Assembly: GCF_009914755.1 (NCBI RefSeq)
Contig: NC_060928.1
DNA length: 64,000 nt
Source: the human T2T-CHM13v2.0 reference genome, Homo sapiens
Reading direction: 5' to 3' (one strand)
The notes under the pieces are model-generated. The model was not told the origin of the DNA and made no database searches. It saw only the letters and a program-made list of their open reading frames with translations. Both the position numbers and the translations under genes were made by a program. Below, piece by piece: positions 27,226 to 40,285 of the stretch. Position 1 is the first letter of the stretch. Each line of letters starts with the position of its first letter.

Positions 27226-27555
27226 AAGGTCTACCGTTTCTAATCCAGAATGCTTGAGGCCGATTTTGTTTTAGAATGCAGATTGTTTTTCACTCTAGTT
27301 TAGTAACATGGCCCACAGATGAGATGTACACCCATTACCATCAGGCCTTGGGAAGCATCCTCTAATCAAATATATTGGTACTTCTGAGGTATGTCACATA
27401 AACATGAAGTGGGATAATCAAAAAGCATAAACATTTTCATACCAGTTCAAATTCGTTTGCTGCCAGATGAGTTTGGGTGTCAAAATTTAGAGGAAAAAAA
27501 CCCAGTTTTCAGGGTTTTGGGGATTTGGGAATTGGAGTTAAGGATTGTGGACCTG
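27226..27555 (+). mobile_element. MER46C-like TcMar-Tigger DNA transposon inside an old L1ME fragment (~27050-27900)
   Basis: Ends GGAATTGGAGTTAAGGATTGTGGACCTG|TA with a degenerate matching left terminal inverted repeat (TIR). Internal GCTGCCAGATGAGTTTGG and GTTTTCAGGGTTTTGG. Confidence 0.7.
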
Positions 27556-27899
27556 TATATTTACATAGTGGAATATTGTGAAACGAGCTAAAAACAAGTG
27601 AGGCAACTCAATATACTGATGTGGAAACTTCAATATATATTCTAAATTGAAAAAAATATATGTCAGGAAGTGTATACGGATGCTATCATTGGTGTTTTAT
27701 ACGCACACACACATGAGCTGTACATGCATAGAACTGCTCTAGAAAGACACAAAAGGAACGGATTTCAGTTTTTGTCTGGAAATGCAAATGGGTGGCTGGG
27801 GAATAGATATGGAGAGAGAGATGACCCTTTTCTCTATTGATGCACTTTAGAATATTTGGAATTTGTGTAGAGTGCCTGTGTTTGCAAATTAAATTGAAT

Positions 27900-28890
27900 A
27901 ATTAATATTCTCCTGACTGCCACCTGAAAGAGCTTTCCCTAAATATCGCATTCCCCATCACTCTATATCACATCCCATGTTTTTTTTTTTTTCTTTGCAG
28001 CACTTTCTACTAGCCATGACTTCATCTTCATTTGTATATCGTTTTACTGTTGGGATACCACTTTAGAACACAAGCTCCACGTTTGCCTGGCTTGTTAGTG
28101 AACCTCAGCACCTAGACAGGGACTGGCACAAGGGAACTTTGAGGAACTATACATCCCACACCAAGAGGCAGGCTGAGGTAGAAAGTGCAGAGTAAACCAT
28201 GCTTGTTCTCATAACAAAGCCTGACCTCAGTGTGCAGACAAAAGTGGCCCTACTGGTTGTCCATAAAGGACAATTTTTGAATTATTTTCCTGATTGTAAA
28301 GAGGGCAAAAGGGCTGGCCACACTCTAATCTATGGCCCCATTATAATATCTGGCTGGGAATACTTTGAACAACACATTGTGTGATGAGGCTGAGGTGTTC
28401 TGAGCACCTCCCAACCTCCTTCCTGTCGTTGAAGAAAGAAATTCACACAGCTGCACCTGCCTGCAGACCTCCCTGCAGCCCCCTGCCAGAACATCCTGAA
28501 AAACCCCATCCCCTCCCATGTAGAACACACTGTATGCTTCCCTGCTCCCTCTCCTCCTGAGTCCTCTGCCCAGAGGTCCTTCCTGGCCATTCTCTGCTCA
28601 GCTGAACCTCATCCTTCAAAGTACACCTCAAAATATTATTTCTACTATGGAGGCTTTCTAAGTCCCTCAGTTATAACCAATCCCTTCCCTCAAAACCAGT
28701 CTCCTCTCCCCTAACACTCAGGCAGATAGTTCATTCTAGGAAACTTATTCCATCTGGTATTAAAATCAGCTGTTTCCATATCGCCAGTAGACCATGAGTT
28801 TCTCGAGCACAAAGACCCTACCTAAAGGGAAAGTTCTCCCTTTATTCCCAGCACCTAAAGTGGAACTTAACACATTCTTAGAACAAAATT
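27900..28890 (+). mobile_element. L2 fragments (27900-28130 and ~28570-28890)
   Basis: CTTTAGAACACAAGCTCC...CAGCACCTAGACAGGGACTGGCACA and CAGTAGACCATGAGTTTCTCGAG...CCAGCACCTAAAG. Confidence 0.6.
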
Positions 28891-30197
28891 TGTTTTAACT
28901 TTACATCAGAGAAGAGAGGAGAGACAATTAGAGCATTCAAAAGCAATATTCTGTGCTGTGGAAAAAAAAAAAGTAAATGCTTAGGAATCCTCATCTTTAT
29001 CTTGGCCCCACCACTGATAATTCTGTAACTTCTAATTGTTTCCTTAACATCTCCGAGCTTCTATTTCCTCAATTCTAAAATGGGCCAATAATATCTACTT
29101 TGTAGGAATGAGATAGAGATTAAATTCCACTTAGCCAAGGACTTAACACAGAGTAAGCATTCCATAGATGCTATTTCTTTAGTTTCCTTTATTACATGGA
29201 AAAAAGATGGATAAATTAGAAAGTATTTAAAAAATAAAGCTGATATTTACTGTTAAATCAAATTCATAATTGGGCCATACAGACATTTAACTTTTGACCT
29301 CATTCCACTACCCCCAGGGTCCAGTTTTAAATTGACTAGGATAATTAACAATGGCATAGAGTAAATCCAGATGAAGAACACTCATTCCCAGAGGTAAAGC
29401 CATAATTTCTCTGAGCCTTCAGATTAAAGGCAAATCTTCTAAAATCCTATCCAGACAAACAATATGGCAAGATTTCTCCGACTCAAAAAATACAAAATGT
29501 GGGGCTGGGATATCCTACCTCAAATTCCAATTCTGTTTCTTACTTGAGTCAGGTGAAAGGATAAGGAAGACTCAGAAGCAGCAGTGCTGTAACAAAGCTG
29601 CAGCAGGTAAATTAAATGCCATTGGCATCACTAGGAGGCTGAACCTGGTTATGTGCTCCAGTGATCATACGCTATGCTTATATTGTGCTACCTGATTTTC
29701 CACTCACCTGTCCTGTTGGTTTCTGCTCTTTTTGTCCTCAATTGGGTCCAAGAGAATTAGTTCCTTTGCAAAAGAGACTCACCAAAAAATTGAAAGACAA
29801 TTACATAATGCTACACTTGCCAGGTTCTGTTTATTATGAATCCAGGAGTTGGTATGAGTTCTCTCTGGCAGGAAGATTTGAGCTGTGTTCTGTTAAGTCA
29901 CAGGTATCCAACCTATGGCCAGATAAGTGGAGAGACTTGACTACATGGCTTTGGAACTCTCCTTGGTTGTGATATGTGTGTCATGTCACCATGCTTGTTT
30001 TGTACCCAACATTCAAGTCTAGTTTTACCTTCTTTGGGAATCTTTTGGGACTCTTTCCCTATGAGGGATACCACCCTTCTGGGACCCCCACAGCAAGGGC
30101 CATCTTTAAACATTTTGCAGGATCTAGGAACTCATGTTTTCAGAGGCTGTCTGCACACCACGTTAAAATAAAACATATCCACATCCCATGTTTACTA

Positions 30198-30533
30198 CAT
30201 AGTCTGCTCTCCACACCCATGGGTTCTACATCCTTGGGTTCAACCAACTGTGGATAGAAAAATTTATTTAATGGATGGTACTGTTTGCCCTAAACATGTA
30301 CAGACATTTTTCTGTCATTCTCTAAACAATACAGTATAACAATGATTTACATAGCATTTACATTGTATTGGGTATTATTGGTCATGTAGAGATGATTTAA
30401 AGTATACAGGAAAATGTGTATAGGTTATATGCAAATACTAAACCATTTTACATAAAGGGACATAAGCATCCTTAGACTTGGTATTTACAGGGTTCCTAGA
30501 ACCAGTCCCCCATAAATACTGATGGCCAACAGT
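30198..30533 (-). mobile_element. MER2 / Tigger3-related DNA transposon, apparently inside an older hAT-like relic (~30095-30895)
   Basis: TTTACATAGCATTTACATTGTATTGGGTATTA...GAGATGATTTAAAGTATACAGG...GGTTATATGCAAATACT...GAACCAGTCCCCCA. The outer element is tentative. Confidence 0.8.
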
Positions 30534-31562
30534 CATTGTTTCATTGAAGGAAATGTTAAGGATTATAAAAATAATTCTTAATTCGTTTAGTATAAATTAT
30601 TGACTTTTTTCTTATAGTTTAAGTTTTATGTGTTTATATATAATATGTGTATTTTGCATGTATATATATGTACATATTAGTGTATATGTGTGTGTATATG
30701 TGTCTGTGTTGAGTTGAAGTAGAACAGCTGATGTAAAGTTTTATAAACATTTAACTTATCATTTGTTCACTTGTAATTTTGCAGTTTTCTTTTAGGAGTT
30801 GCTACTTTTTTCAGATATTGAACATTTACATTCAAGCCCATGAAAACTCGCAGGCCTCAGGCTCTCTGCTTTGAGTGCCTAATGGATAAACTGCATTAGA
30901 CCACAGCCCTTTCTAGTTGAAATGTTGGAGTAAACTATGTTGTCATGAAGGTCTCCCCATTGGACTCTGACTCTCCCAGGACAGGGCACCCTGATATGTT
31001 CTACACCTCTGTGTACAAGGGACCTCCATATAGTGGAGGCCTCAGGACACTGTTGCAGATTTGAGGGCCACCCAAAACATTTCTATTACACTCTCTGTCA
31101 GAGATCATTTCTAGTTTTCACAGATAGAAAGCTACTAAAGCAAAACAATACAAATATTCCTGTCTCCCCTCTTTTCTCCTTCAACAAAAATTTTATCATC
31201 TCAAATGCAACTTCACAGTAGACTTAAAATGTCCTTTTAAATAGGGCCAGGATGTGAAGGTTGGTACAGAAATTCAAACCTAGAATATTTTTTTTTCTGA
31301 GGCTGTAACTCAGCCATGAAATTTTGCTCCAGGCAAATTTCAACAAGCTAGGTCTTAGCTGCAAGATAAATGTTTCATGCATGTACTTCACTTGACAACC
31401 AGAAGCTTTTTTATACTATTATTTTATATATAAAAGTCGGACAAAGACTGTTCTCCCACACATTCTCTTTTGAAACTGAGTCTGACGGAACAGTCTAGAA
31501 TGTCTGAACTAGTCTCCCCTCTAGAGAAGAAAACTGACTTTACTGAAAAATTACTATGTATC

Positions 31563-32128
31563 TAGGGGTGTCCAAGGGAAATAATATAGTCATGGGGTCC
31601 TGGTTTCTGTTTCTGGTTGGGCAAGTAAAGCCCCTTTTTCATCTCCCCTTTCTGCTTATCACTAGAGACAGAAACTAAAATCCATGGTGTATTAGTCCCT
31701 TTTCATGCTGCTGATAAAGACACATCTGAGACTGGGCAATTTACAAAAGAAAGAGGTTCAGTGGACTTACAGTTCCACATGGCTGGGTAGGCCTCACAAT
31801 CGTGGTGGAAAGCAAGGACGAGCAAGTCACGTCTCAAGTGGATGGCAGCAGACAGAGAGAGCTTGTGCAGGGAAACTCCCATTTTTAAAACCATTTGATC
31901 TCATGAGACTTATTCACTATGACGAGAACAGTTGGGGAAAGTCCTGCCCCCATGATTCAATTATCTCCTACTGGGTGCCTCTGACAACACATGGGAATTG
32001 TGGGAACTACAAGATGAGACTTGGGTGGAGACAGAGAGCCAAACCATATCACATGGCTTCAGGCTGCTAAAAGCCTAAAACAAAACCAAACAGAACAACA
32101 ACAAAATAAGGTGGGTTGGATAAGCTTG
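31563..32128 (+). mobile_element. MER107-like hAT-Charlie element split by THE1B, itself inside a MIR
   Basis: Termini AGGGGTGTCCAA ... TTGGATAAGCTTG. The halves join across the CATGG TSD. MIR (-) continues 32130-32320. Confidence 0.7.
31688..32051 (-). mobile_element. THE1B solo LTR
   Basis: TGTATTAGTCCCTTTTCATGCTGCTGATAAAGACACATCTGAGACTGGG ... GCCAAACCATATCA. TSD CATGG at 31683-31687 and 32052-32056. Confidence 0.92.
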
Positions 32129-32576
32129 TAAAATTAGACATTGTGCTAAGTGCTTTTTATGTACATTGTTTCTTTTTTAACCTTGTACCAATTTTAACCT
32201 TAAGAAGGGTAGAAAGCATTATCCCCTTTTTATAGATGAAGAAACTGGGTTCAGAAAGGTTATAAATTTTGACCAAAATCAAACATCTAAAACTAGTCAG
32301 GGACAAAATCTGAAATCAATTTTTATCATTCTATAATTGCACAAAGCTGCTTCAAGAGCTAATTGAGAAAAACAAAAGCTTAAATATATACATATTTAAA
32401 ATCAGTTCCAGAAGAATTTTCCCATAAAGAAAAGTAAATTCAAGTGTGCACTGAAGATATAAGAGATCCAGTTTTTGGTGATCCCATTCATTTTGCAGAG
32501 AGAGTAATTCTGTATTGCAAGTATGTCCCAACTTTCCCTCTCTTACCACTTTATTTCTGGATTCTTGTAACAGCCC

Positions 32577-33020
32577 TATAGCTGTTATATATAATGATGT
32601 GCTTCCCAGATGCCCCTTCAATGAGGGTCTAGTTGTCCTAGCCTGGGAGTTCTAGGGGCAGAAGTCTGCAGTGATCAGCCCCTTCAGAAATCTTTCAGTT
32701 GTAGAGATGCCCCAAGGTTATCTAAGTTCATGCCCCTCCCCAGAAGGCCCACATCCAATGATGGACCAATGTGAGATTATGAAAAATCCAGGTCATCTTG
32801 GCTTAACTCAGGACAACTCTGAAGAACCACTCTAGCTCTGGAGCCTTCGTAGGGTGGGATAAAATTATCAGGGATGTATCACCATTCAACTTCTCCCCCT
32901 GCCCAGTCCTGCTTCCTTCTTTTCCCTTCCACTGGTCTTCATCCCAAAGAAACACTTTGATAAATATCCAGCCTGTTAAATTATTTCCAGAGTTGGCTTT
33001 CCAGATGAACAACCTATGAT
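32577..33020 (+). mobile_element. LTR16A-like ERVL solo LTR
   Basis: CACATCCAATGA...AACTCAGGACAACTCTGAAG...AACTTCTCCCCCTGCCCAGTCCTGCTTCC typical of the LTR16 family. Confidence 0.75.
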
Positions 33021-33031
33021 GTCTTATTACA

Positions 33032-34712
33032 TTAGAAACTTTCCTTCCTCTTAGGAACTATCTGGGTTCCTAAGGAGGAAAGGAGAGAAGGGGAAAGGAG
33101 GGGAGAAGGGAAGGGAGGGGAGAGAAGGAGAAGACAGGGGAGGGGAGAGGAGGGGAAAAGGGAGGGGAAGGGAGCGGAAGGGAGGGAAGGTAGGGGAAGG
33201 TAGGGGAAGGGAAGGAAAGGGAGGGGAAGGGAGAGGAAGAGAGGGACAGGAAATCAAACAGAATTATTCATGCTAATTAACTAAATTGGTCTCTTCTTCC
33301 AGCACCCTCAGAAGCCTCAGTGTGGTTACTATTTCCAGTGATATTTAAACATTTAGCAAAAGTGATGAGAATCTTAATTTGTTTACTTAGAAATAGGATT
33401 ATTCCTAGACTAAAAGAAAATACTAGGAAAAGGTGGCCATAAACACGATCTGCTGAGCTGATTTTTCCCATACTGCCTACTGCTTCCCTGCCTGAAAGTT
33501 TAGTGGGGTCTATCTAGTTCTAAACACATATACTTGTATGGATCCTTTAACATAGACATTATAACAACAGACATAATGGGTTTGCTTAAAAGTCATCCAA
33601 ACCTGAATTGTGAAGTAAGGCATATATACATGGATTACACTAAACAAGTACCTTGAGCAAAGTTATTCACCCCAAACTACCAAATACACCTGCAGCGTGG
33701 TCTAACATTTATTTGTGATTACCACTCATAATCATACTTAGCCAGGTGTGCCAGGGAGAAGAGTATCTGACCCAGCTGACACTAGATTGCTCTACCATTT
33801 GCATTGATCAAGTTCTGCTGGTTCCTTTCCATGTCCTCATACTGCTATGTTAGTCTGCCTTGGGGCACCTTTTCTTTGTTTCAAAGACCATATTCCCAGT
33901 CCTTGCCATTTGTTTTCTGCTGGTTTCATTTATAAATCATCTTAAGCAATTGGATTAGATTGCTTAGCCCATACAATGCTGCACAAATATCTGTGCATAA
34001 ATGTCCCTTGGCCTGAGAATGGCTGTTCTGCATGCATGGCCCTGCGGTCCTCTGTGTCTGTCTCTCTGATCTGAGTGCACTGTCTTGAATGCTGTTTTTA
34101 TGCTTTATGTCATACCTTTGGGCTCTGCACACATTTTACTCATGTTAATGTAATTCATTGCTGAGGATCTGGGCTAAGAACAGCTCCTTTATAGAGGCAG
34201 CTGCCATGACACTTTCTGAGTGTCAACATTTGCATCCTCTGACTCCACGAGTGTAGGGATTCTGATATTTAGGAATGTCACTCACAATCATGTGGGCTAT
34301 GCTGGTTTGCTGCTCCTTCAGCCATCTCTAAGAACACTGACTGTTTAATTCTTCCAATTTCTCAGGCATGAATCTTCTGCTCTTGGGACACTAAGACCCC
34401 TGCCATTTATTCTCCCATGCATTTCTACTCATTGTAAATGTGATCCTGTTGGGGCCTTAAATAGGGCCCAATAAATAAATAGTCAACCTCTTTACTGATT
34501 AAGTTCCAAACCAGTAGAGAAATCTAAGGAAGCAGGCAGGTTGTGCCAAAGTGTGACACTGTTAAGCTGATAATAGAGAATATGGCTTATAACCACAGGC
34601 ATTTAAACTTCCTTATACTGAATACCAGAATTTGCCAGAATTATCTCCCAGACATAGCAATTCGGAGCCAGAGCAAACACACATAGTTCCTAAGAGGAAG
34701 GAAAGTTTCTAA
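33032..34712. repeat. Perfect 30-bp inverted repeat pair, arms 33032-33061 and 34683-34712
   Basis: TTAGAAACTTTCCTTCCTCTTAGGAACTAT is the exact reverse complement of ATAGTTCCTAAGAGGAAGGAAAGTTTCTAA. Confidence 0.95.
33072..33253 (+). repeat. Polypurine (GGA/GGGAA)n low-complexity tract
   Basis: ~180 bp almost exclusively G/A; source of the spurious Pro-rich ORF 33051-33257. Confidence 0.9.
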
Positions 34713-34844
34713 GTATTGCCAGTTTCTCTCTCTAGACTCTCCAAAGAGTTTAGTTATTTCTCTCCTCCAAGGGAAGAGGCCAGGAGTGATATGGTAATGG
34801 ATGTTTCTCTACATGGATTAAGAACACCAAGAACGGTCAACAGT

Positions 34845-35090
34845 AGTATCAAATAGCCTTTCCAGATGCATCCTATGTCCAAGACACTGTTTTAAGCCCA
34901 TTACATATTTTAACCCATTTAATCCTCATGACAACCTGATGAGGTAGGTACTATTTCTAACCTCCACTTCAGCAGATGAGGCACAGAGAGAGTAATATGT
35001 TTGCTTAGGGTCACTCTCCCAAAAAGGGCTAGAACCAGGATTTGAACCCAAGAAGTCAGATTCCAGAAACAAGGCTCTTAACTACTGAAT
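34845..35090 (-). mobile_element. MIR SINE
   Basis: ATTTAATCCTCATGACAACCTGATGAGGTAGGTACTATT...CCAGGATTTGAACCCAAG. Confidence 0.85.
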
Positions 35091-36099
35091 TATGAGTTCC
35101 AAATTTACCAAGAATACACAACTGTTCTCTCCTAACAATTCCCTTCTCTATAGTCCAACTACACCTGCCCCTCAAGGCTAAGCACGAGCTCCAGCTTCCT
35201 GAAAAGTCTCTCTGACAAAGGAGTTCCTTGAAGTTCCCTCACCTATTAGACCTGCAAGGCTTTGGAGCTACAAGAATAGCCTTTACTTTTAAACCTACTA
35301 ATTGACAGCTTGAACACTGTAGCCTTTGTTCCAGGGTGGACAGAAACCAAGGGATGCAAGGGTTAAGCCAGTGAGAGATAAGGTCTGATTCATTCTAGCC
35401 TATTATTAGATAACTCCAAGTGAATGAAATGATGTAGAGAAAAAATGGCTAAAAATAGGGTCTGATTTGTATCTTGCAACTATCAATTTTCTACCATCTT
35501 AGGGTATTATTATGAGTGCCTGCTCTGTGCTACGTGCTGGGCACCGTTCTAAAGCCTCAGTGGTAAGGTGGTGGAGGCAGGGGTTAGTGGAGAGTAAGAG
35601 ATGTAAACAAAACAATCAAGCAAGTGAATAAAACCTCTCTGACCTCAGGGACTTTAATGCCTTATCAAAAAGCCCAATTTTAATTCTATAATCACGTAAG
35701 CATGCTACAATGCATTGGAGAAAGTATCAGGAAACAAATAGAAAAGTGCTAAGTGAACAAAGGGCAGAGGAAGACATCTTGTCTAAGGAACTAGATGTCA
35801 AGAAAACTTTCCATGGGAAGCCATTTAGCCACAAGTTGAAAGATGGGTAGCCACTCACTGGCATAAGATTGGTTAGAGCAGGGAGCACATTCCAACCAGA
35901 AGGAAGAGAATGTACAAAGTCTTGGGAATGGGGGCAGTATGGGACTAACAGGCAGCTTCCTACGGCTGGTACCAGAGGAGATGGAATTAAGCAAGGTTGA
36001 AGAGTTACATAGGCCATGTGAGAGATTTTGGAACTTATCCTAAAAGCAAGAATAAGCTTTGCTTCATGTTCCACTCATTCATTGACTCATCCATTCAAA

Positions 36100-36130
<31 letters not shown>

Positions 36131-36527
36131 CAAAATATACCAGGTGCCAGATCTGTGATGAGTTCCGGGGATATGACAGACAGGTAAGGCAGCATCCTTC
36201 TCTCTCTCTCCTTCTCAATCTGTCAACTGAGAGATGTAGATTAGATAAGGAATAATTATAACACATTTTATTGTGATGAAGGAGGCTTGTCTCAAGTCCT
36301 AAGAGAATACAAAATGGAGTTCTCACCACTGGCACTAAGAAAACCATAAAGAACAAAAGGAAACCATCCAGACTATTCCCAGCAGGGAAGACTTCTGTCC
36401 CAAAGAGCAAGGTGGATCAGGAAACTAAATTATGAGTGGGTAAAGAGAAGAGCTGTCTATGTGTGACCTGTCAGGTAGGTGGAGATTAGAAAAAAAAAGA
36501 GCCTTATATGCCATGATTTTATCTCAT

Positions 36528-36896
36528 TATATTCGTCTTCTCAGGCTGTTATAACAAAATAACACAGACAAGTTGGCTTAAACAACAGAAATTTGTTTTC
36601 TCACAGTCCTGGATGCTCAAAGACCCCAGTCAAGGTCTGGCAAGGTCAGTTTCTGGGGAGGGCTCTCTTCCTAGCTTGTGGATGGCTGCTTTCTTGCTGT
36701 GTCCTCACATGGCAGAGAGAGGAAACTCTCTGGTGTCTCTTCCTATGAGATAGCTAATCCTATCAAATCAAGGGCCCACCCTCATGACCTCATTTAACCT
36801 TAATTACTTCCCAAAAGCTCTATCTCAAAACACAGTCACACTGGAGGTTAGGGGTTCAATGTGTGAATTTTAGGGGACACAATTCAGTCCATAGCA
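36528..36896 (-). mobile_element. MLT1A/B solo LTR inserted in L2 (-) fragments (~35500-37290)
   Basis: GGCTTAAACAACAGAAATTTGTTTTCTCACAG ... GGGGACACAATTCAGTCCATAGCA. TSD CTCAT at 36523-36527 and 36897-36901. Confidence 0.9.
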
Positions 36897-37464
36897 CTCA
36901 TAGTTAGCAAAGAGACATTGAAAGGTTTTAAGCAAGAAAGTAACACAATCAAACTATTAATTATAAATGGCATACTGGTCACAGGGTTGAGACTAGATTA
37001 GAGCAGAGATGGGGACAAGACTTGAGGCAGAGAGAGGAACTATAGTATTATTTCTTCTTCTGAGTAAAAATAATAATAATACTAATGAGCATGGAGAGAA
37101 GAGGTCAGGTAAAAAGATGCTAAGGAGGGGCCTCAGAGGGATTGGTGACTCCGGGTTTTGGGCTTGGGTGATGGGACCCAAGTGACTGCTACTCACTAAG
37201 ACTGGAAGCACAGGATGAACAGATTTAGGGACAGAAGTGGATAGGTAAAGAGTTCATATCTGGGAATGTTGACTTTGATGCAAAGGTAGAAATGTAGACC
37301 ATCTTAAAGATCCATTTTTATACATAAAGATCATTGCTGGGCTTTAAAGTAAAGACAAAAACAAGAATTGGAAATTTGGTTGGTTGGCCAACTAAGAAGT
37401 GAACTTGAAGTTCTTAAGGGATAGAGGTTTATTTAAATATGTATTTTTTTTTTTTTTTTTTTTT

Positions 37465-37835
37465 GGCTGGGCACGGTGGCGCATGCCTGTAATCCCAGCA
37501 CTTTGGGAGGCCGAGGCAGGCGGATCATGAGGTCAGGAGATCGAGACCATCCTGGCTAACACAGTGAAACCCCATCTCTACTAAAAATGCAAAAAATTAG
37601 CCAGGCGTGGTGGCGGGTGCCTGTAGTCCCAGCTACTCAGGAGGCTGAGGCAGGAGAATGGCGTGAACCCAGGAGACAGAGCTTGCAGTGAGCTGAGATA
37701 GCGTCACTGCACTCCAGCCTGGGTGACAGAGAGAGACTCCATCTCAAAAAAATAAAATAAAATAAAATAAAATAAATAAAATAAAATAAAATTAAATTAA
37801 ATTAAATTAAATAAATAAAATAAAATAAAATAAAA
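37465..37835 (+). mobile_element. AluY with (AAAAT)n tail
   Basis: AluY diagnostics GAGATCGAGACCATCCTGGCTAACAC, GAATGGCGTGAACCC and GAGCTTGCAGTG. Confidence 0.95.
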
Positions 37836-38645
37836 GTGTGTTTTTGCAAAGAATATCTTAGTCCTTAGGCCTAATCCTAATTCTTAGTTCAAGCAACATG
37901 TTCCCTTCCCATCAAAATTATCTTCCCTAAATAGTACTGTCTTGATGGTCCTTATCCCAAAACACAGCCCCTCACCTTGTTGGGTCAGAGAACCTGGAAA
38001 TACTTGGTGTGGTGGGCAGAATAATGGCTCCGAAAGATGTCCAAAAAGCTTCTAAACTGGAAGCTTTTACTATCTAGCATCGCGTTAACACTAAATGTAG
38101 ATTAATTTCTTTCTAAACAATATTCAATGGCTTAGTTCAAAGAAACAAAAATACAGCAGGTTTAGTGGCATATAGCCTTTGGAGAAGAAGTTTGTCTCCA
38201 TTTCTAATACATCTACTTCTGGGCTGCTTCTCTTTGGTTGTTATCAATCAGAACAACTCCATAGTTAGCTAATATCTGAATTTACAGATAATCAATGGGA
38301 TCATGCATACTAATCTGATAGTCTGTATGTGATATTTTATACATGAATAATTGAGCTTCTGAGAGGTTAACTGCCCAAGATCACAGAATGAGAGAAATGC
38401 AGTCAGGTTTTAAACCATATTATTTTGTTCCAAGACCCATGCTCTTCCACTTTCCCAGAGGAATCCTCCCAGTACAATGTTTGCTCTCCTTTAAGAAAAT
38501 ATCAGCTAACACTTTTTCTGTTTTAATTGTGCTTTCCTGTGCTTGGCTTGGGCCACACAGGGTGGTCACCTTTACACACTCCAATCCCTGAACTCAAACC
38601 CTCTGGCCGGTTTCCTACCCTATCCCTTTCCTGTGTTATGCCAAG

Positions 38646-39113
38646 TAGATTAGTTTCCTATTGCTGCTGTAATGAATTACCACAAGCTTAGCAGCTTTCA
38701 ACAGCACAAATGCATTATGTTACAGTTCCATGGGTTAGAGGTCCTACTCTGGGCTCATGGGGCTACAATCAAGATGCCAGCAGGGCTATATTCCTTCTGC
38801 GGCAGAGAACCTGTCTCCTGACCAGCTCTTTTTGTATCATGGCCTCTTCCTCCATCTTCAAAGTCTGCAACATCAGGCTGAGTCCTTCCCATGCTGCCAA
38901 CTCTCTGCTTCTCTAACTTCTGCCAGCCTCTTCCACTTTAATAGGCCCTGGTGACAATATTGGGCCCACCTGGATAATCCTGATAAGTCAGCAGACTTGC
39001 AGCCTTCATTCCATCAGCAACCTTAACTCCTCTTTGCCACGTAACGTAACACATTCACAGCTTGGGGGATTGGGACGTGGACATCTTTGGGAGCCATTGT
39101 TCTGCATACCACA
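38646..39113 (-). mobile_element. MLT1D/E solo LTR
   Basis: TTAGTTTCCTATTGCTGCTGTAATGAATTACCACAA ... GGACATCTTTGGGAGCCATTGTTCTGCATACCACA. Near-TSD CCAAG/CCAAT. Confidence 0.85.
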
Positions 39114-39784
39114 CCAATAATTTCCAGGTTCTCTGACCCAGCAAGGCTAGGGGCTGTGTTTTGGGATAAGGACCATCAAGATAGTACTAATTAACTTCAA
39201 CAGAGGATAAAAAATAAAAACAGGGAGGGGGCTGCCCCAACCTTCCTCAGGCATATAGGGTGGGTAATGTAAATGAGAAAAGGAAACCAACAGTGGTAAG
39301 AAATTACTCATGTCAGGGACCACCCAGACTCTTAGAGCCTTTGCCCACCCCTACGAGGACAAACTTGGTTCTCTTTCCCAGAAATTCCTGTTAGCTCTCT
39401 GAATTTCATCTGGGAAGGGCCCTGCCTGCCACAGAGAAGTATATAAACTTATCGATGGATATTCAAAATGTCTCCCATAGCCCATGAAATGCCTTGGGGA
39501 TGGTAAACAGATGAGTAGATTCAGAGTTACCATCTCAACCTGTTAGTACCCAGTGCTCCTCATTCCAGCTTCTTAACACCCGTATTGGAGACCCTATATT
39601 TTCACTGAAGATGTTTATAACTAAACTCCCAGATGAGGGTAACTATCAGCACATGTGTGCACGTGTGCAGGACCCCAGGCTGCTCTCTTATGAAATATTT
39701 CTCCTTTTATAGCTTTCCCTTATTCTTTTTAACGCAATTTCACCCAGATATATGCACTGTGGAGGGAGGGAAGGAGAGAGATGA

Positions 39785-40285
39785 TTGGAGTCAGGCTCCA
39801 GCAACATGCCACTGCGGGACCCTAGGCAAATTATTTCACCTCCCTGGGCCTCAGTTTTCTCATCTATAAAGTAGAGAAGATAACAACATCTACCCTACAT
39901 GCTTATTATAAAAATTAAATGAGATTCTATGTATGTTGTTTAGCCCAATACTTGGCACACAGTTGGTGCCAATGTCCTTTAGTTTCTGCTCTCGCCACCT
40001 ACAAGGTTCATGAGTCAATAATAATTAGAACAACCCAATAACAACAAACGTTGATTAGTTGTATTTGTGTGCCAGGCACCATGCTAAACCCTTTGCAGGC
40101 ATCATTACTTGTAAACTTATATATATCACAACCATCCAACAATGTAAGTTCTCCTGTTATATCTGCTTAACAGATAAAGAAACTGAGACTCAGAGAGGTT
40201 AAGTAACTTCTCCAGGGTCACAGTGAAAGGGAAGTGATTTAAACCCAGATGGGCACAACTATAAAGCCCAAGTTCTTAGGAACAG
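39785..40285. mobile_element. Two MIRs, tail to tail (+ 39785-39975; - 40030-40285)
   Basis: GGCAAATTATTTCACCTCCCTGGGCCTCAGTTTTCTCATCTATAAA and AACTGAGACTCAGAGAGGTTAAGTAACTT. Confidence 0.85.

Noticed and set aside
33797-34234. Two octamer motifs ATTTGCAT inside the inverted-repeat-bounded segment
   Set aside because: No adjacent SOX site or other support; compatible with chance in AT-rich DNA.
37435-37464. T21 run directly before the sense AluY, suggesting a second antisense element
   Set aside because: No element body follows. More likely expansion of the T-run in a degraded TSD (compare GTGTTTTT after the tail).
38044-38069. Short hairpin AAAAGCTTC...GAAGCTTTT after a ~35-bp MLT1 5' fragment
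   Set aside because: A 9-bp stem is within random expectation.
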